This document shows positions 50,357-61,064 of a stretch of 64,000 bases of DNA, one piece after another. The first letter of the stretch is position 1, and the number at the start of each line of letters is the position of its first letter. A program made the translations under genes and the position numbers. The stretch spans positions 128,001 through 192,000 of the forward strand of contig JBBILD010000001.1 in the NCBI GenBank assembly GCA_037445065.1, in the 5' to 3' direction. Below the pieces are notes generated by a model. It searched no databases and was not told where the DNA came from. It was given only the letters and a program-made list of their open reading frames with translations. The DNA comes from Myxococcales bacterium. GTDB lineage: Bacteria > Desulfobacterota > Binatia > HRBIN30.

Positions 50357-51196
50357 TCACTGCGCTGCGGGGGCAAGAATGGAGAGAGCCTGCGCATGCA
50401 AGGTGGCGTTGGCTGCGGCAATCACTTGCCCTCCCTGTGTGCAGTCGGAGCCACGCCAATCTGTCATGACTCCACCTGCTCGTTCCACGATCGGGATCAA
50501 CGCCTGCACATCGTAGGGTTCCAGACCTGACTCCACCACCAAGTCTACGCAGCCGAGTGCCACCATGCAGTACGCGTAGCAGTCCCCACTGAAACGGGTG
50601 AGCCGCACCTGCTGCGCCAGCCGTTCGAAAACCTTGAGTTCCTGGGCGGAAAACATCGCAGGGTGGGTAGACTGCAGCCGCGCATCGGCCAGCCGCTGGC
50701 AGGAACGCGTCTTAAGCGGCACACTCTCGCCACGATGGCGCAAAAAGGCGCCAAACCGGCTGGCTACAAAGCGCTCTTCCGTGAAGGGCTGGTTCATGAC
50801 GCCCAGCACGGGTGAAGCCCCGTCGTGCAGGGCGATCAGAGTCCCCCACAGCGGGATTCCGGTGAGAAACGCTCGCGTCCCATCGATCGGGTCGAGCACC
50901 CACGTAAGGCCGCTCTTGCCTTCTTCAAACCCGTGCTCCTCGCCGAGAATCCCATGGCCGGGAAACCGCTTCGAGATTAGGTCACGCATTGCATGCTCGG
51001 CTTCTTGGTCGGCGGCAGTGACAGGATCGAAGGAACCGTCCCGCGCCTTGTTTTCCTCATGCAGGTGCTGGCGGAAGTAACGTAGGATCGCGCGCCCAGA
51101 GACCTCTGCGAGAAGCTCAGCGAACTCCACGAGTTCCCGGAGTTCAGGGTCGCTCAGCTCCACGCGAGGGCGGCTGGGTAGGCTGTGCTTTGGCAT
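50357..51196 (-). CDS. hisN: histidinol-phosphatase, IMPase family
   Basis: FDPVTAAD, GILGEE, WVLDPIDGTRAF..G.PLWGTLIAL, DCYAY, YDVQALIPIVE.AGG. Confidence 0.82.
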   Translation of the reverse strand: MPKHSLPSRPRVELSDPELRELVEFAELLAEVSGRAILRYFRQHLHEENKARDGSFDPVTAADQEAEHAMRDLISKRFPGHGILGEEHGFEEGKSGLTWVLDPIDGTRAFLTGIPLWGTLIALHDGASPVLGVMNQPFTEERFVASRFGAFLRHRGESVPLKTRSCQRLADARLQSTHPAMFSAQELKVFERLAQQVRLTRFSGDCYAYCMVALGCVDLVVESGLEPYDVQALIPIVERAGGVMTDWRGSDCTQGGQVIAAANATLHAQALSILAPAAQ

Positions 51197-51219
51197 AATT
51201 GCTCAGGCCGACCGCCGCC

Positions 51220-52632
51220 TCAGCGGATCTTATACCAGCCGTCCATGTAGTCCTTCATTGCTTCGGCGATGAAGGTGCGGTCCGGCAGCGTGTTGGCCAT
51301 ACCGTAGATCGGTGCTTGCCCGCCGGAAACGTCGGGATGTTTGCGCACGAACTCCACCGATTCACGAAGATCGTCGAGAAAGCGCTCCGCAACCCCCGGC
51401 TCGGTGTGGCGCAGCGTGACACACAAGTGCAGGCTGGGTGGGCGTTGTAATCCGTTCAAACTCCAGCCTCGATCCGCCATCGCGTCGAGGACTTTGTAAA
51501 TGTCGAGTTCGTGGGTGGCGAACGCGATCACGAACAAGGGGTCGCCCAGCACGTACAACTCGGGAATGGAGGAGATCCCGGCCTTGATCGTTGTGGCGGT
51601 CTCCAGAATGCGGCGGGTAGCCTCTAGGTAACCTTCTTCTCCGAAGGACACGAGTGCTGCCCAGCAGGCGGCGCTCAGACCGCCTGGGCGACTGCCCGCA
51701 AAGGTTGGCGAGCAGTACAAACCACCGGGCCAATCAGTCGCGGTGAAGTATTGGTATCGGCGCAGCTCCCGGCCGCGGTACAGAATCACCGACGTTCCCT
51801 TCGCCGCGTAACCGAACTTGTGTGTGTCCACTGAAATCGAGGTGACCCCAGGCAGTCGGAAGTCGAACGGGGGAACCGGATAGCCGAGACGTTCTGCCCA
51901 CGGGAGTACGAAGCCTCCCAGACAAGCGTCCGTATGAAAGCCGATACCGTGTTGGCGAGCGATTTCGGAGAGTTCCGCGATCGGGTCCACAATCCCATGC
52001 GGAAAGGGCGGCGCCGATCCGACCATGACGATCGTGTTCGGGGTAATGGCAGCGGCCATGGCTTGCACGTCGGCACGCCAGTCCGGACCGATCGGGATGT
52101 GATGGATTTTGATGCCGAAATACTGCGCAGCCTTGTCGAAGGCGGCGTGCGCCGTCGCCGGCACGATCATTTCCGGGTGCTCGATGCCGCGCTTTTCGCG
52201 CGCATAATCGCGATACGTTTTGATCGCCAGCAGAATGCTCTCCGTACCTCCGGAGGTCACCGTGCCAACGATTTCCCCGTCAGAGCCCGGTTCTGTGCCG
52301 GGAACTCCAGCTCCGAGCATGCGCGCAGTCATGGCCACGATCTCGGACTCGAACTTGACCGCGCTGGGCCAGAGGTCCACGTGCAAGGGGTTGGATTGCG
52401 AATGCAGTGCGTACGCTTGGTTGAGAAATTCGACGTGCTCGTCCGCCCCATTGTACACAGCACCGGAGGCGTACCCTGCCTTCCAGCGCGCTTCCTCCAA
52501 CTCCTTCATCTCGCGCAGGATGCACAGGATCTCGGCTCGGGGCAGGCCCTTTTCTGGTAACCGATCGAAGACTGGGAAGCGCTCGCGATAACTGTGCAGG
52601 TCGACCTTGATAGGCTTCTTCTCGCTGGCCAT
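51220..52632 (-). CDS. PLP-dependent sphingosine-1-phosphate lyase-like protein
   Basis: [68 protein letters not shown]. Confidence 0.85.
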   Translation of the reverse strand: MASEKKPIKVDLHSYRERFPVFDRLPEKGLPRAEILCILREMKELEEARWKAGYASGAVYNGADEHVEFLNQAYALHSQSNPLHVDLWPSAVKFESEIVAMTARMLGAGVPGTEPGSDGEIVGTVTSGGTESILLAIKTYRDYAREKRGIEHPEMIVPATAHAAFDKAAQYFGIKIHHIPIGPDWRADVQAMAAAITPNTIVMVGSAPPFPHGIVDPIAELSEIARQHGIGFHTDACLGGFVLPWAERLGYPVPPFDFRLPGVTSISVDTHKFGYAAKGTSVILYRGRELRRYQYFTATDWPGGLYCSPTFAGSRPGGLSAACWAALVSFGEEGYLEATRRILETATTIKAGISSIPELYVLGDPLFVIAFATHELDIYKVLDAMADRGWSLNGLQRPPSLHLCVTLRHTEPGVAERFLDDLRESVEFVRKHPDVSGGQAPIYGMANTLPDRTFIAEAMKDYMDGWYKIR

Positions 52633-52681
52633 GGGCCGCCCTCTAGCGCAGTGCCGCGCACAAGGCGAGCCGACCGCAGCT

Positions 52682-53785
52682 TCAACCTAGACTCGGCAAT
52701 AGGCAAGAATGAATGCTCGCTTCGCCCTCGACTTCTCCGGCCAGTGTGCGAATGGCCAACTCCGCTTGCGCGAGAGGGAAATCATGGGTGTGCATTCTTT
52801 CGATGGGCACAGTTCCAGATTCGATGAGCCGGATCGCGTTTTGATACGACCGGCTGGTGACCCCGAGGGTGCCGAAGATTTGTAACTCCTTGGCAACGAC
52901 CAGGTCGCTGACAAAGTTCGGTACTGGGCGAAAACCCTTGACGCCGGCTAGCACCACCCGTCCCCCTGGCGCGGCGTAGTACAGCGCCTCGGCCACCGGC
53001 TCGGGAGAGTATGACGTAACCTCGACGACCACATCGGCTCCCTTGCCGTTCGTGTACTCGGCTACCAGAGCGCGCACGTCCTGCGATTCCACGTCAATGG
53101 TGTGGTCTGCTCCGAATTGCCGCGCAAGCTCGAGCTTTTGTGCATCTCGGCTCAGGCCCGTGACAATGATCTTCCCGGCTCCGGCCGCGCGTGCCGCAAT
53201 CACGCTCGCCAGACCACGCTGCCCCGGGCCGAGGATCAACACCGTATCGCCGGGCCGTGTGTTGGGTACTTCGACGGCCCAGCGGAACCCAGCCCCGAGC
53301 GGATTGAACAACGCGGCAACACTGGCCGGTAGGTCCTTGCGGATCGGGTGCACGATCGCACAAGGGTGCAGGTACAGATAATCCGCATAGGCACCCCAGA
53401 GACCGGGCGGATGCGAGAGGGGAATGTACGAGTACCCGAACAGTCCCCCGCGTCCGCGGCAAAGCTGGTAACGTCCTTGCCGACACGCGCCACAAAACTG
53501 GCAGGGGATGAGCACTTCGACGCAGACACGGTCCCCGACATCCACTCCCCACCGACGGGCCGCCCGTTCGCCAATCGCTTCAATGGTGCCAACAGGCTCG
53601 TGTCCTGGGATGAGCGGGAAACGCACGGGTAAGGTCCCGGTATACTGCTCGACGTCGCTTCCGCAGATGCCGCATGCCTCGACTCTGAGCAGAGCGCTCT
53701 CGGCATCGATCTCGGGCACGGGTAGCTCGCGCAGTTCCAACTGGCGTGGTCCGGTTTGCACGATCGCGCGGGTCGTTCGAGGCAT
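52682..53785 (-). CDS. Zn-dependent alcohol dehydrogenase (MDR family)
   Basis: CGICGSD, GHE, CQFCGAC...C structural Zn site, GPGQRG. Confidence 0.9.
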   Translation of the reverse strand: MPRTTRAIVQTGPRQLELRELPVPEIDAESALLRVEACGICGSDVEQYTGTLPVRFPLIPGHEPVGTIEAIGERAARRWGVDVGDRVCVEVLIPCQFCGACRQGRYQLCRGRGGLFGYSYIPLSHPPGLWGAYADYLYLHPCAIVHPIRKDLPASVAALFNPLGAGFRWAVEVPNTRPGDTVLILGPGQRGLASVIAARAAGAGKIIVTGLSRDAQKLELARQFGADHTIDVESQDVRALVAEYTNGKGADVVVEVTSYSPEPVAEALYYAAPGGRVVLAGVKGFRPVPNFVSDLVVAKELQIFGTLGVTSRSYQNAIRLIESGTVPIERMHTHDFPLAQAELAIRTLAGEVEGEASIHSCLLPSLG

Positions 53786-54046
53786 GGCGCCAAACCAAAG
53801 TGTTGCTGCCTTTTACCGGATAGGAAACTTTGTTGTCAATCCGAAACGACCCCCAATCGAGCGGGTGACGCCAACGGTTGCAGGAGAGAGCCTACCACGG
53901 CGAGTGCTGTGCCGCCGATCATCCTGCACGTCGGACGCCGCGCTCGTTGACAGCGGCGCTGTTTTGCGGTCACCTGCGAGATCGCGAAACGGAGAACAAA
54001 GAGCGGCGCAGCGTGTCAGGAGCGCCTTTGCAGACGGAGGCAAGTC

Positions 54047-54799
54047 ATGCAGCGATTTACTGGGAAAGTGGCGTTGATCACAGGGGCGGGCTCCGGAATC
54101 GGCCGAGCCACGGCAGTGCGGCTCGCCTCTGAAGGCGCACAGGTGTTTTGTACCGATGTGAACGAGGTGGGCTTGGCGGAAACGCTGGCTGAGATTCGCG
54201 AAACAGGCGGGGAGGCTACCGCAGAGTGGTGCGACGTGAGTCAGGTGGATGCCGCGAGACGAAGTGTCGCGCGTTGTCTAGACCGCTACGGCGGCCTCGA
54301 CGTTCTCGCCAACATTGCCGGTATCGGCCGCTTCCAGCACACACTCGAAGCCAGCGTGGATGAATGGAATCGCACGCTGGCGGTGAATCTTTCCGGCACC
54401 TTCTTCATGTGTCAGGCCGCGCTGCCTGCACTGCTCGAGCGCCGGGGCGCGATCATCAATATGGCCAGTTCCGCGGGCTTGATCGGCCAGGCTTACAGTG
54501 CCGCATACTGTGCGTCGAAAGGCGGCGTGGTGCAACTCACAAAAGCGCTCGCGGTGGAGTTTGCGCGTCGCGGGTTGCGCGTTAACTGCGTGTGCCCCGG
54601 GGGGATTGACACCCCGTTGCTTTCTGGGTTTCGCCCACCGGAGGGTGCCGATTTAGCGCTGATTCAGCGACTCAAGCTGGTAGACGAGCGCGGCGACCCA
54701 AAAGCGGTGGCGGCAGCGGTTGCCTACTTGGCTTCCGAAGAAGCGCGCTACGTCAACGGTGCCGTACTTTCCGTGGATGGGGGACTGGTCGTCTCCTGA
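54047..54799 (+). CDS. short-chain dehydrogenase/reductase
   Basis: TGAGSGIG, NIAG, YCASK, VNCVCPG, VDGG. Confidence 0.93.
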   Translation: MQRFTGKVALITGAGSGIGRATAVRLASEGAQVFCTDVNEVGLAETLAEIRETGGEATAEWCDVSQVDAARRSVARCLDRYGGLDVLANIAGIGRFQHTLEASVDEWNRTLAVNLSGTFFMCQAALPALLERRGAIINMASSAGLIGQAYSAAYCASKGGVVQLTKALAVEFARRGLRVNCVCPGGIDTPLLSGFRPPEGADLALIQRLKLVDERGDPKAVAAAVAYLASEEARYVNGAVLSVDGGLVVS

Positions 54800-54823
54800 G
54801 GAAGGAACGGCCCGTACTTGGAA

Positions 54824-55165
54824 TTACGAGTCGCGCTTTGCCGGTGTGTACACCGGTACGGGGAACGGGGTGACCTTTCCTCCTCCCTCCGCAGCCGCCA
54901 AGATCTTGCTTGCCCCGCGTTTCTCTACGGCGTCGATGCGCACGATCGCATGAACTGGGATGTAGGTTCGTTCCGCGCCCTCGAACTCATGCCGCAGAGC
55001 CTCCTCGCTCGGGTCTACAACCACTTGCGAACGCTCGCCGAAGAGGAGGCCTTCCACCTCGATGAAACCAAACAGCGCCGACTGACTCACGCTTTTCGCG
55101 TACAGCTCGTACACGCGCCCTTGGTTGTGGAACAGAATGCGGTACACGAGCTTTTTGTGCGCCAT
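54824..55165 (-). CDS. DUF1820-family protein
   Basis: YRILFHNQGRVYELYA...LFGFIEV...VVVDPSEE.L..EF.G..RTYIP.HAIVRIDAVEK.G; ATG 55165 with GGAGAGG. Confidence 0.8.
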   Translation of the reverse strand: MAHKKLVYRILFHNQGRVYELYAKSVSQSALFGFIEVEGLLFGERSQVVVDPSEEALRHEFEGAERTYIPVHAIVRIDAVEKRGASKILAAAEGGGKVTPFPVPVYTPAKRDS

Positions 55166-55257
55166 GGCCTCTCCAATAAACACGCCCTTGCCGTTCGGCA
55201 ACCGTGACGTTCCGCTCGGGTGAGATGCCTGCTGGTCCTGCGGCAAGGGCGAGGCTG

Positions 55258-56256
55258 TCAGGAGGCCGAGGTCTGTAGGAAGCCCAAGCAGCTTGTGCGT
55301 TCGAGCAGCTCGAGCAAGTCAGGTGCCTGAGGTGACCGAGCGAAGCGCTGGCGCAGGACGTTGAGCGACTTTGCGTGGTATTTCTGGGGAGCTTGCACGA
55401 AACGCTGCCCCAAGATTTCCACTTCGAACTCATTCTTGCCCGTTCGCAGGGCCTGCTCGTTCGCAACCGTCCACGGCACAAAGGTCGTGCCGATTTCGTC
55501 TCGCAAAAGCGGAACGAGAGCGGGGGCGAGTACCGAGAAAGACTCCCAGGCGCCTTCGACTCGCGGCGATTGCATACGTTCGATCCAAGCGAGCACGGAG
55601 GGCGCTTTTTGTCGCAGCAAGGCGCCGGGTGTGGGATCTGTGGAGCACTCGTATAACTGGCCAAAGAGGCCAAAGTCCGCCAAGCTCGGCCGCTTTCCGA
55701 AAAGGTACGGCCGGTCCCGCAAAAGGTTCTCCAGCAGCTCGAGTAGGCGGGTGTAGGAACCCTCAATGACCTCTCGGGTCGCTTCCGATGAGCCGACAAA
55801 CGAAAGGCGGCGCACCATGCGGTCGCGGATCATGGCGATGGCGGTAGCGGGGTCCGCATCAGGCATCATGGTGGCAGCGAGTTTCGCTGCGGCCGCTTCC
55901 GCATCGGCCGGGTATTGCCAGCGATAGTGAAACATGGGCTTGTTCACCCACTCGTCGGCGTATTCCTCGATCAATGCTGAAAGAAACGCCAGACGCGGAT
56001 CCTCAGGAACAATGCTCGGCTCTGAGAATTGTGCTTCCAACACTTCGATGATTGGCGTCGAGTCCTGCAGGACCTCCCCGCTCGGAGTTACCACGAGCGG
56101 GATCAGAGGGAGTTTCGCGTGTTTTTGGAATTCTTCCTCTGTGTGAGCACCGCGCACGATCCACTCGTGCGCGAGCCCTTTGAAACGGAAGTACGCGCGA
56201 ACCTTCACCGAGTACGGAGACAACTCGTGCCCAAACAAACGGTATAGAGAAGCCAT
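55258..56256 (-). CDS. glutathione S-transferase family protein
   Basis: SPYSVKVRAY, LPLIP, QDSTPII, LFGKRPSLADF. Confidence 0.88.
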   Translation of the reverse strand: MASLYRLFGHELSPYSVKVRAYFRFKGLAHEWIVRGAHTEEEFQKHAKLPLIPLVVTPSGEVLQDSTPIIEVLEAQFSEPSIVPEDPRLAFLSALIEEYADEWVNKPMFHYRWQYPADAEAAAAKLAATMMPDADPATAIAMIRDRMVRRLSFVGSSEATREVIEGSYTRLLELLENLLRDRPYLFGKRPSLADFGLFGQLYECSTDPTPGALLRQKAPSVLAWIERMQSPRVEGAWESFSVLAPALVPLLRDEIGTTFVPWTVANEQALRTGKNEFEVEILGQRFVQAPQKYHAKSLNVLRQRFARSPQAPDLLELLERTSCLGFLQTSAS

Positions 56257-56322
56257 GCTCGTGCCCTTAGCCAGTTTGCCGCCTGTTTGGCTAGCCGGGA
56301 AAGAACAAGCCTGAGCTGAGGC

Positions 56323-57318
56323 TTACCTTTTCACCGTTGTTGGCCGGCGAGCGGTATTGTTCGAGACGTCGGGGTCGCCCGGGTAAACGAGACTGGCCAC
56401 GTTGGTAACCGAGGGGTACGCCTCGCTCCCAACCTGAACTGTGAGCGACAGGGTCGTGGCGCTGCCCGCCGCGAGAGTACCCGCAAACGAGCACTGCACC
56501 ACGTTGTTGCTCACCGCGCAGCTCCAATCTGCTCCCGAAGCGCTGCTCAGCGACAAACCCCGGGGCAGGCTGTCGACCAGAGTGATCGGAACGTTGGTCG
56601 CGTTCGGACCGAGGTTGGTGACCGTCAAACGGTACGTGCCCGTGCGACTCACGAAGAATGCTGCTGCCACTGTCTTGCTCAGCGCAAGGTTCGTAGTGGC
56701 GGGGACGGGGGTCGCGGTGGCGCTGGCCGTGGCCGTGACCGAGGGTGTGGGTGAAATTGTGGGCGACAGGGTGCGGCTCGGTGTCGGCGTCGGTACACCA
56801 GGACGGAGGGTGGCCGTTGGCGTCCAAGTCGGGATCGGACGGCGAGACGGGCGCACGCTGGTGACCTTTTGCGTCACGTTGTTCGTGGCGCGCGTGTCCC
56901 CACCATAACGAAGGGTGAACTGGGTGACGGCGCGAGGAACCGCTGGCGAGTCCACGCTCACGAATATCGTAAAGGTACTGGTGCGACCGGCAACCAGCGC
57001 CTGAGTGTTGGTGCAGGACACACCGGCGCTGGTCGGGTTGCAACTCCACGCTCCGCTGGATGAGGTGAAAGCAAGGCCGGGTGCCAGCCTAGCTTCGAGG
57101 GTGACCGCCGCATCGGTGGTCGCAGGGCCATTGTTTGCAACGGAAACCACGTATCGGCCCGGCATACCGACGGCAAACGAGGCTGCCGTGACCCGAACTG
57201 CCAGATCAGTGGCCGCCGCTTGGGCTAGGGCTTTTTCGGACAGAAGGTCCGAACTTAAAAGCCAGGTCCCAATCAACAACATCCAGCGACCCTGCCAAAG
57301 CGCATTTGCTCTGCCCAT
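56323..57318 (-). CDS. exported protein with two DUF11-like Ig domains joined by a PT linker
   Basis: Signal peptide; repeats DLAV...VANNGP...L.PGL and NLALSK...VTNLGP...DSLPRGL...D...SNN. Confidence 0.8.
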   Translation of the reverse strand: MGRANALWQGRWMLLIGTWLLSSDLLSEKALAQAAATDLAVRVTAASFAVGMPGRYVVSVANNGPATTDAAVTLEARLAPGLAFTSSSGAWSCNPTSAGVSCTNTQALVAGRTSTFTIFVSVDSPAVPRAVTQFTLRYGGDTRATNNVTQKVTSVRPSRRPIPTWTPTATLRPGVPTPTPSRTLSPTISPTPSVTATASATATPVPATTNLALSKTVAAAFFVSRTGTYRLTVTNLGPNATNVPITLVDSLPRGLSLSSASGADWSCAVSNNVVQCSFAGTLAAGSATTLSLTVQVGSEAYPSVTNVASLVYPGDPDVSNNTARRPTTVKR

Positions 57319-57471
57319 CGTGCCCTCCCGTTGCGAGCGACCATCGAGGATGGCTGCTCTTTGCGTCCTCTACAGCCGGCTCCGCTACGAAGCAAGCACG
57401 AGATTTTCGGCTCGGTTGCGCTCTAGCCCCGGGCCCCTTATGAAACTGCCATCGGACGCAAGGGGAAAGCC

Positions 57472-57840
57472 ATGCCGATTTACGAATACCGTTGTCGGAA
57501 GTGCCGCCGGCGCTTTAGCGTGCTGACCCTGCGCGTGAGCGAGAAGGTGGAGCCGCGCTGCGAGCACTGCGGCTCGGCGGAAGCCGATCGCCTCATGTCG
57601 CGCTTTGCCATGCCAAAGTCGGAAGAGGCGAGGTTGGACGCTTTGGCGGATCCTTCGCGGTTCGGGGACCTGGACGAGAACGACCCTAAGAGCTTGGCGC
57701 GCTGGATGCGTTCGGTCGGAAAAGAGATGGGGGAAGAGTTCTCGGGCGATGAATTCGATGCAATGGTGGACGAGCTGGAAAGTGGCGGCGCGGAAAAGGA
57801 TAGCGAAGAGGTCTCCGGAACCGACTCGGAAGACTTCTGA
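57472..57840 (+). CDS. FmdB-family zinc-ribbon protein
   Basis: MPIYEYRCRKC...CEHCGS...RLMSRF, acidic C-terminus. Confidence 0.88.
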   Translation: MPIYEYRCRKCRRRFSVLTLRVSEKVEPRCEHCGSAEADRLMSRFAMPKSEEARLDALADPSRFGDLDENDPKSLARWMRSVGKEMGEEFSGDEFDAMVDELESGGAEKDSEEVSGTDSEDF

Positions 57841-58099
57841 ACCCGGTAGACTGCTCGCGCCGGGCTGAACTCAGGCCGTTGAGAGTAGCACGCGGGCTTG
57901 TGGTGCTGTACACCGAGGACACCGCCATCCCTCGGATTCGCCGAGAACGAGCGAGAGATCTTCGCAGCGTGACCTCCGCGTGTGCAAAACCCACCCGGGG
58001 CTCGACCCGGACCGTAAGTAGCCTTGCCTGTGTGGCCTCTTGCTCGGTGGCGCGGGAAGTTGATTGCTCGCCGGACCCGGACTGCGCAGCGATGGGATC

Positions 58100-58597
58100 C
58101 TACTGAGAACTCAAGTGCTCCGGCCTCTCCGCGAGCAAAACGATGGCAGTGGCAGAGATCGCCTCACCACGGCCGATGGCGTCCACGCCTTCGTTCGTTT
58201 TTGCTTTCACGCTCACCTGAGTGATGGGGATGCCGAGTAAGTCGGCGATGCGGTTGCGGATCGCATGGCGGTGTGGTGCCAGCTTTGGGGCCTCTGCGCA
58301 AACCGTGATGTCCACGTTGACCACTGACCATCCTTCTTGATCGATGAGCGCCGCCACCCGTTTCACAAGTTCGCTGCTGGGTGTTCCTAGAAAACGCTCG
58401 TCCGTGTCCGGAAAGTGCTGGCCAATGTCGCCCAACGCCAGTGCCCCGAGGAGAGCGTCGCATAATGCGTGCAGGACGACATCGCCGTCCGAGTGGCCCA
58501 GCAAACCGAGGTCAAATGGGATGGCAACGCCTCCGAGGTACAGCGCTCGGCCGCTGACCAGCCGGTGCAGGTCGTAGCCGTGTCCTACGCGCAGCAT
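58100..58597 (-). CDS. ispF: 2-C-methyl-D-erythritol 2,4-cyclodiphosphate synthase
   Basis: RVGHGYDLHRL, GHSDGDV.LHA..DALLGA, GDIGQHFPD, KAKTNE. Confidence 0.96.
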   Translation of the reverse strand: MLRVGHGYDLHRLVSGRALYLGGVAIPFDLGLLGHSDGDVVLHALCDALLGALALGDIGQHFPDTDERFLGTPSSELVKRVAALIDQEGWSVVNVDITVCAEAPKLAPHRHAIRNRIADLLGIPITQVSVKAKTNEGVDAIGRGEAISATAIVLLAERPEHLSSQ

Positions 58598-58645
58598 GCT
58601 CGTTCGGGTAGCAGGAAAGGCGGGCACCTGGTACGCCCCGACTGC

Positions 58646-59881
58646 TCAGAAAGGAGGCTCTTGCACCGGGGGCGCTGCGAGCCAAAGTGCTCGAATCGCA
58701 GTGCCGGCTTCGACCTGTGCGCAAGACTCGGGCAGAATGGCCAGGGCGTCAGCCAAAGAAAGCGAGCGCAGGACTCCCGAACTTTGGCTTCCTGAGCTCC
58801 GTAAGGAAAACCGACCCGCGTGAACGCGAAGCTGACAGCGCACGAAGTCGGTGAGACCTTCGCTCCCCTCGATCGGTTCCTCCGCTTCGCCCTCCACTAC
58901 GGGCGAGAAGATTTGCTTGGCGCCACTCACGCTCAAAAGCGCCGGTCGCACGTACAGGTAAAAGCAGACCAGCGCGGAGACTGGGTTTCCTGGCAATGCA
59001 AACACAAGTGTGCGACCGCGGGTACCGAAGCTCAGCGGCTTTCCGGGTTTTTGCCGTACCTTCCAAAAAAGCTCCTGCACTCCCAATCGAGCTAGCACCT
59101 GGCGGACCAGGTCGAAGTTTCCCATGGACACTCCGCCTGTGGAAAGCACCACATCGCTGCATTCGAGAGCCGCCTCGAATGGACGGAGGCTGCTCTCCAG
59201 GTCGTCAGGAACGATGCCGAGCAAGCAGGCCTCGCCGCCGGCCTCTCGCACCGCGGCAGCCAGGGCGTAGGCATTGCTGTTGGCGATTTTCCTCCCTTCG
59301 ATCGGTTCTCCGAGGCTCACCAACTCGTTACCCGTGGCGAGCACGCTCACCCGAGGACGGCGAAACACGGTGATGCTCGGCATGCCGAGCGAGGCCAGAA
59401 CGCCGATGTCAGCTGGGCGCAACAGGCGGCCTGCGGGCCACACGACCTCGCCGTCCCGTAAGTCCTCGCCGGCGCGACGAATGTGTTCACCGGGCCGAGG
59501 GGCCCGAAAGACCGCAACCCAACCGTCCCCGACTTGCGTGTCTTCCACCCGGACCACGGCGTCCGCTCCTGCTGGAACGGCGGAACCGGTCATCACCTGC
59601 ACCGCAGTACCAGGAACCACCGCGTGGCTCGCAAGGGAGCCCGCTGGCACCGTCTCGAGCAAGCGGAGGCGTACCGGGGCAGTAGGGGTGGCAGCAGCGA
59701 CGTCGGCGGCACGCACGGCAAAACCGTCCATCGCGCAGTTGTCGAATGGAGGTACGGTTCGGTTGGCGACAAGCGCGCGCGCCAAAACACGCCCGCAAGC
59801 CTGAGCAATGCTGATCTGTTCGGGGCCCACCCGGGCGACACTGGCGAGCACCGTATCGAGCGCCGCCCGCACACTGATCAT
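58646..59881 (-). CDS. moeA: molybdopterin molybdotransferase
   Basis: PPFDNCAMDGFA, MTGS.VP.GADAV, TGNEL, TGGVSMG.FD, KPGKP, LPGNP, QSSG. Confidence 0.95.
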   Translation of the reverse strand: MISVRAALDTVLASVARVGPEQISIAQACGRVLARALVANRTVPPFDNCAMDGFAVRAADVAAATPTAPVRLRLLETVPAGSLASHAVVPGTAVQVMTGSAVPAGADAVVRVEDTQVGDGWVAVFRAPRPGEHIRRAGEDLRDGEVVWPAGRLLRPADIGVLASLGMPSITVFRRPRVSVLATGNELVSLGEPIEGRKIANSNAYALAAAVREAGGEACLLGIVPDDLESSLRPFEAALECSDVVLSTGGVSMGNFDLVRQVLARLGVQELFWKVRQKPGKPLSFGTRGRTLVFALPGNPVSALVCFYLYVRPALLSVSGAKQIFSPVVEGEAEEPIEGSEGLTDFVRCQLRVHAGRFSLRSSGSQSSGVLRSLSLADALAILPESCAQVEAGTAIRALWLAAPPVQEPPF

Positions 59882-59990
59882 GCTCGCTGTTATGGCTGGG
59901 CACCGGCGCTTGTCAACCATCCTGCCTGTGTTAGGGTCCCACGCCGTCTGACGCGCCGCGCAACGGAGCGGCCTCGGACGTGCAGGGCGC

Positions 59991-61064
59991 TTGAGCACGC
60001 AGCTGGAAAACGTCTTGGCGAGCCTCGGAGAGGCGGTCATCCTCACGGATGCGGGGGGTGTGGTATGGTTTTCGAACGCCGCCGCGCAGGAGCTAACCGG
60101 GTATTCCGAAGCTTACCTGCGCGGCCGCCGTTGTGGGGAGATTTTCCCTGCTTCGCCTGCGTTCGATGCTTTGGTGCGGCGCACGTTGCAAACCGGGCAA
60201 TCGCAAGTATGCGGGGAGCTTCTGTTGTCGCTCTCCGATCGCACTGTACCAGTCCGGCTCAGTTGCTCCCCTGTTTGGTCGCCGGATGGAACGCTTCAGG
60301 GAACTGCGATTGTGTTGCAGGACCTCAGTTACCAGCAGAAACTCCAACAAGCTGCACGGCGTAACGAAACGCTGGCTCGCTTGGGCACCTTGGTGGCGGG
60401 GCTTGCGCACGAGATTAAGAATCCGCTCGGTGGCATTCGCGGCGCGGCGCAGTTGCTCGCTCAGCGGTTTCAGTCCGACCCACAGGCCCGTGACTTCACC
60501 GCGGTGATTCTGCGGGAGACGGATCGATTGGTCCGGTTACTCGACCAACTGCTGCAATTCGGCCAGGCTCCTACCCCGAACTTCCAACCAGTGAATGTGC
60601 ACCGGGTCTTGCACGACGTGCTCGAGCTCATGCGCCCAGAACTCGCATCGCTGCGGATTCAGGCTTCTCTGATCGTAGATCCCAGTCTGCCGGAAACGTG
60701 GGGTGATCCCGACCAGCTAACCCAACTCTTCCTGAACTTGATCCGCAATGCGTGCGAGGCGATGCCGGATGGCGGCCGCTTGAAGGTCACGACCAAAATG
60801 GAAACAGATTTCCACATGGCCCTGTCCGAGCGCTCCGGAAAGTTTTTGCGGGTGGAGATTGCCGACTCGGGACCTGGCTTCCCCGAGCACTTGCTCGACC
60901 GCGTCGGGGAGCTGTTTTTCACCACCAAGGCCAAGGGTACCGGCTTGGGGCTGCCGATCTGCCAGCGGATCGTCGCTAGCCACGGTGGCGACTTGCGTTT
61001 CGGAAACGCTCCCTGTGGGGGCGCTGTGGTGGTGGTGCACCTGCCTGTGGGAGACGGCACATGA
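59991..61064 (+). CDS. glnL: PAS sensor histidine kinase, NtrB-like
   Basis: PAS domain, H-box [19 protein letters not shown] (NtrB signature), NLIRNA, DSGPG, FFTTK..GTGLGL. Confidence 0.8.
   Translation: MSTQLENVLASLGEAVILTDAGGVVWFSNAAAQELTGYSEAYLRGRRCGEIFPASPAFDALVRRTLQTGQSQVCGELLLSLSDRTVPVRLSCSPVWSPDGTLQGTAIVLQDLSYQQKLQQAARRNETLARLGTLVAGLAHEIKNPLGGIRGAAQLLAQRFQSDPQARDFTAVILRETDRLVRLLDQLLQFGQAPTPNFQPVNVHRVLHDVLELMRPELASLRIQASLIVDPSLPETWGDPDQLTQLFLNLIRNACEAMPDGGRLKVTTKMETDFHMALSERSGKFLRVEIADSGPGFPEHLLDRVGELFFTTKAKGTGLGLPICQRIVASHGGDLRFGNAPCGGAVVVVHLPVGDGT

Noticed and set aside
53870..54046. Glycine-riboswitch-like fragments (GGAGAGAG...CGCCGA...TCAGG) upstream of the SDR
   Set aside because: The CCGAAG and CTCTCAGG cores are missing and the downstream gene is unrelated to glycine; only a TGCAGGA/TCCTGCA stem is evident.
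57841..58099. Short ORFs between the FmdB gene and ispF
   Set aside because: No clear start or RBS and no recognisable motif; I could not support a CDS or an ncRNA.
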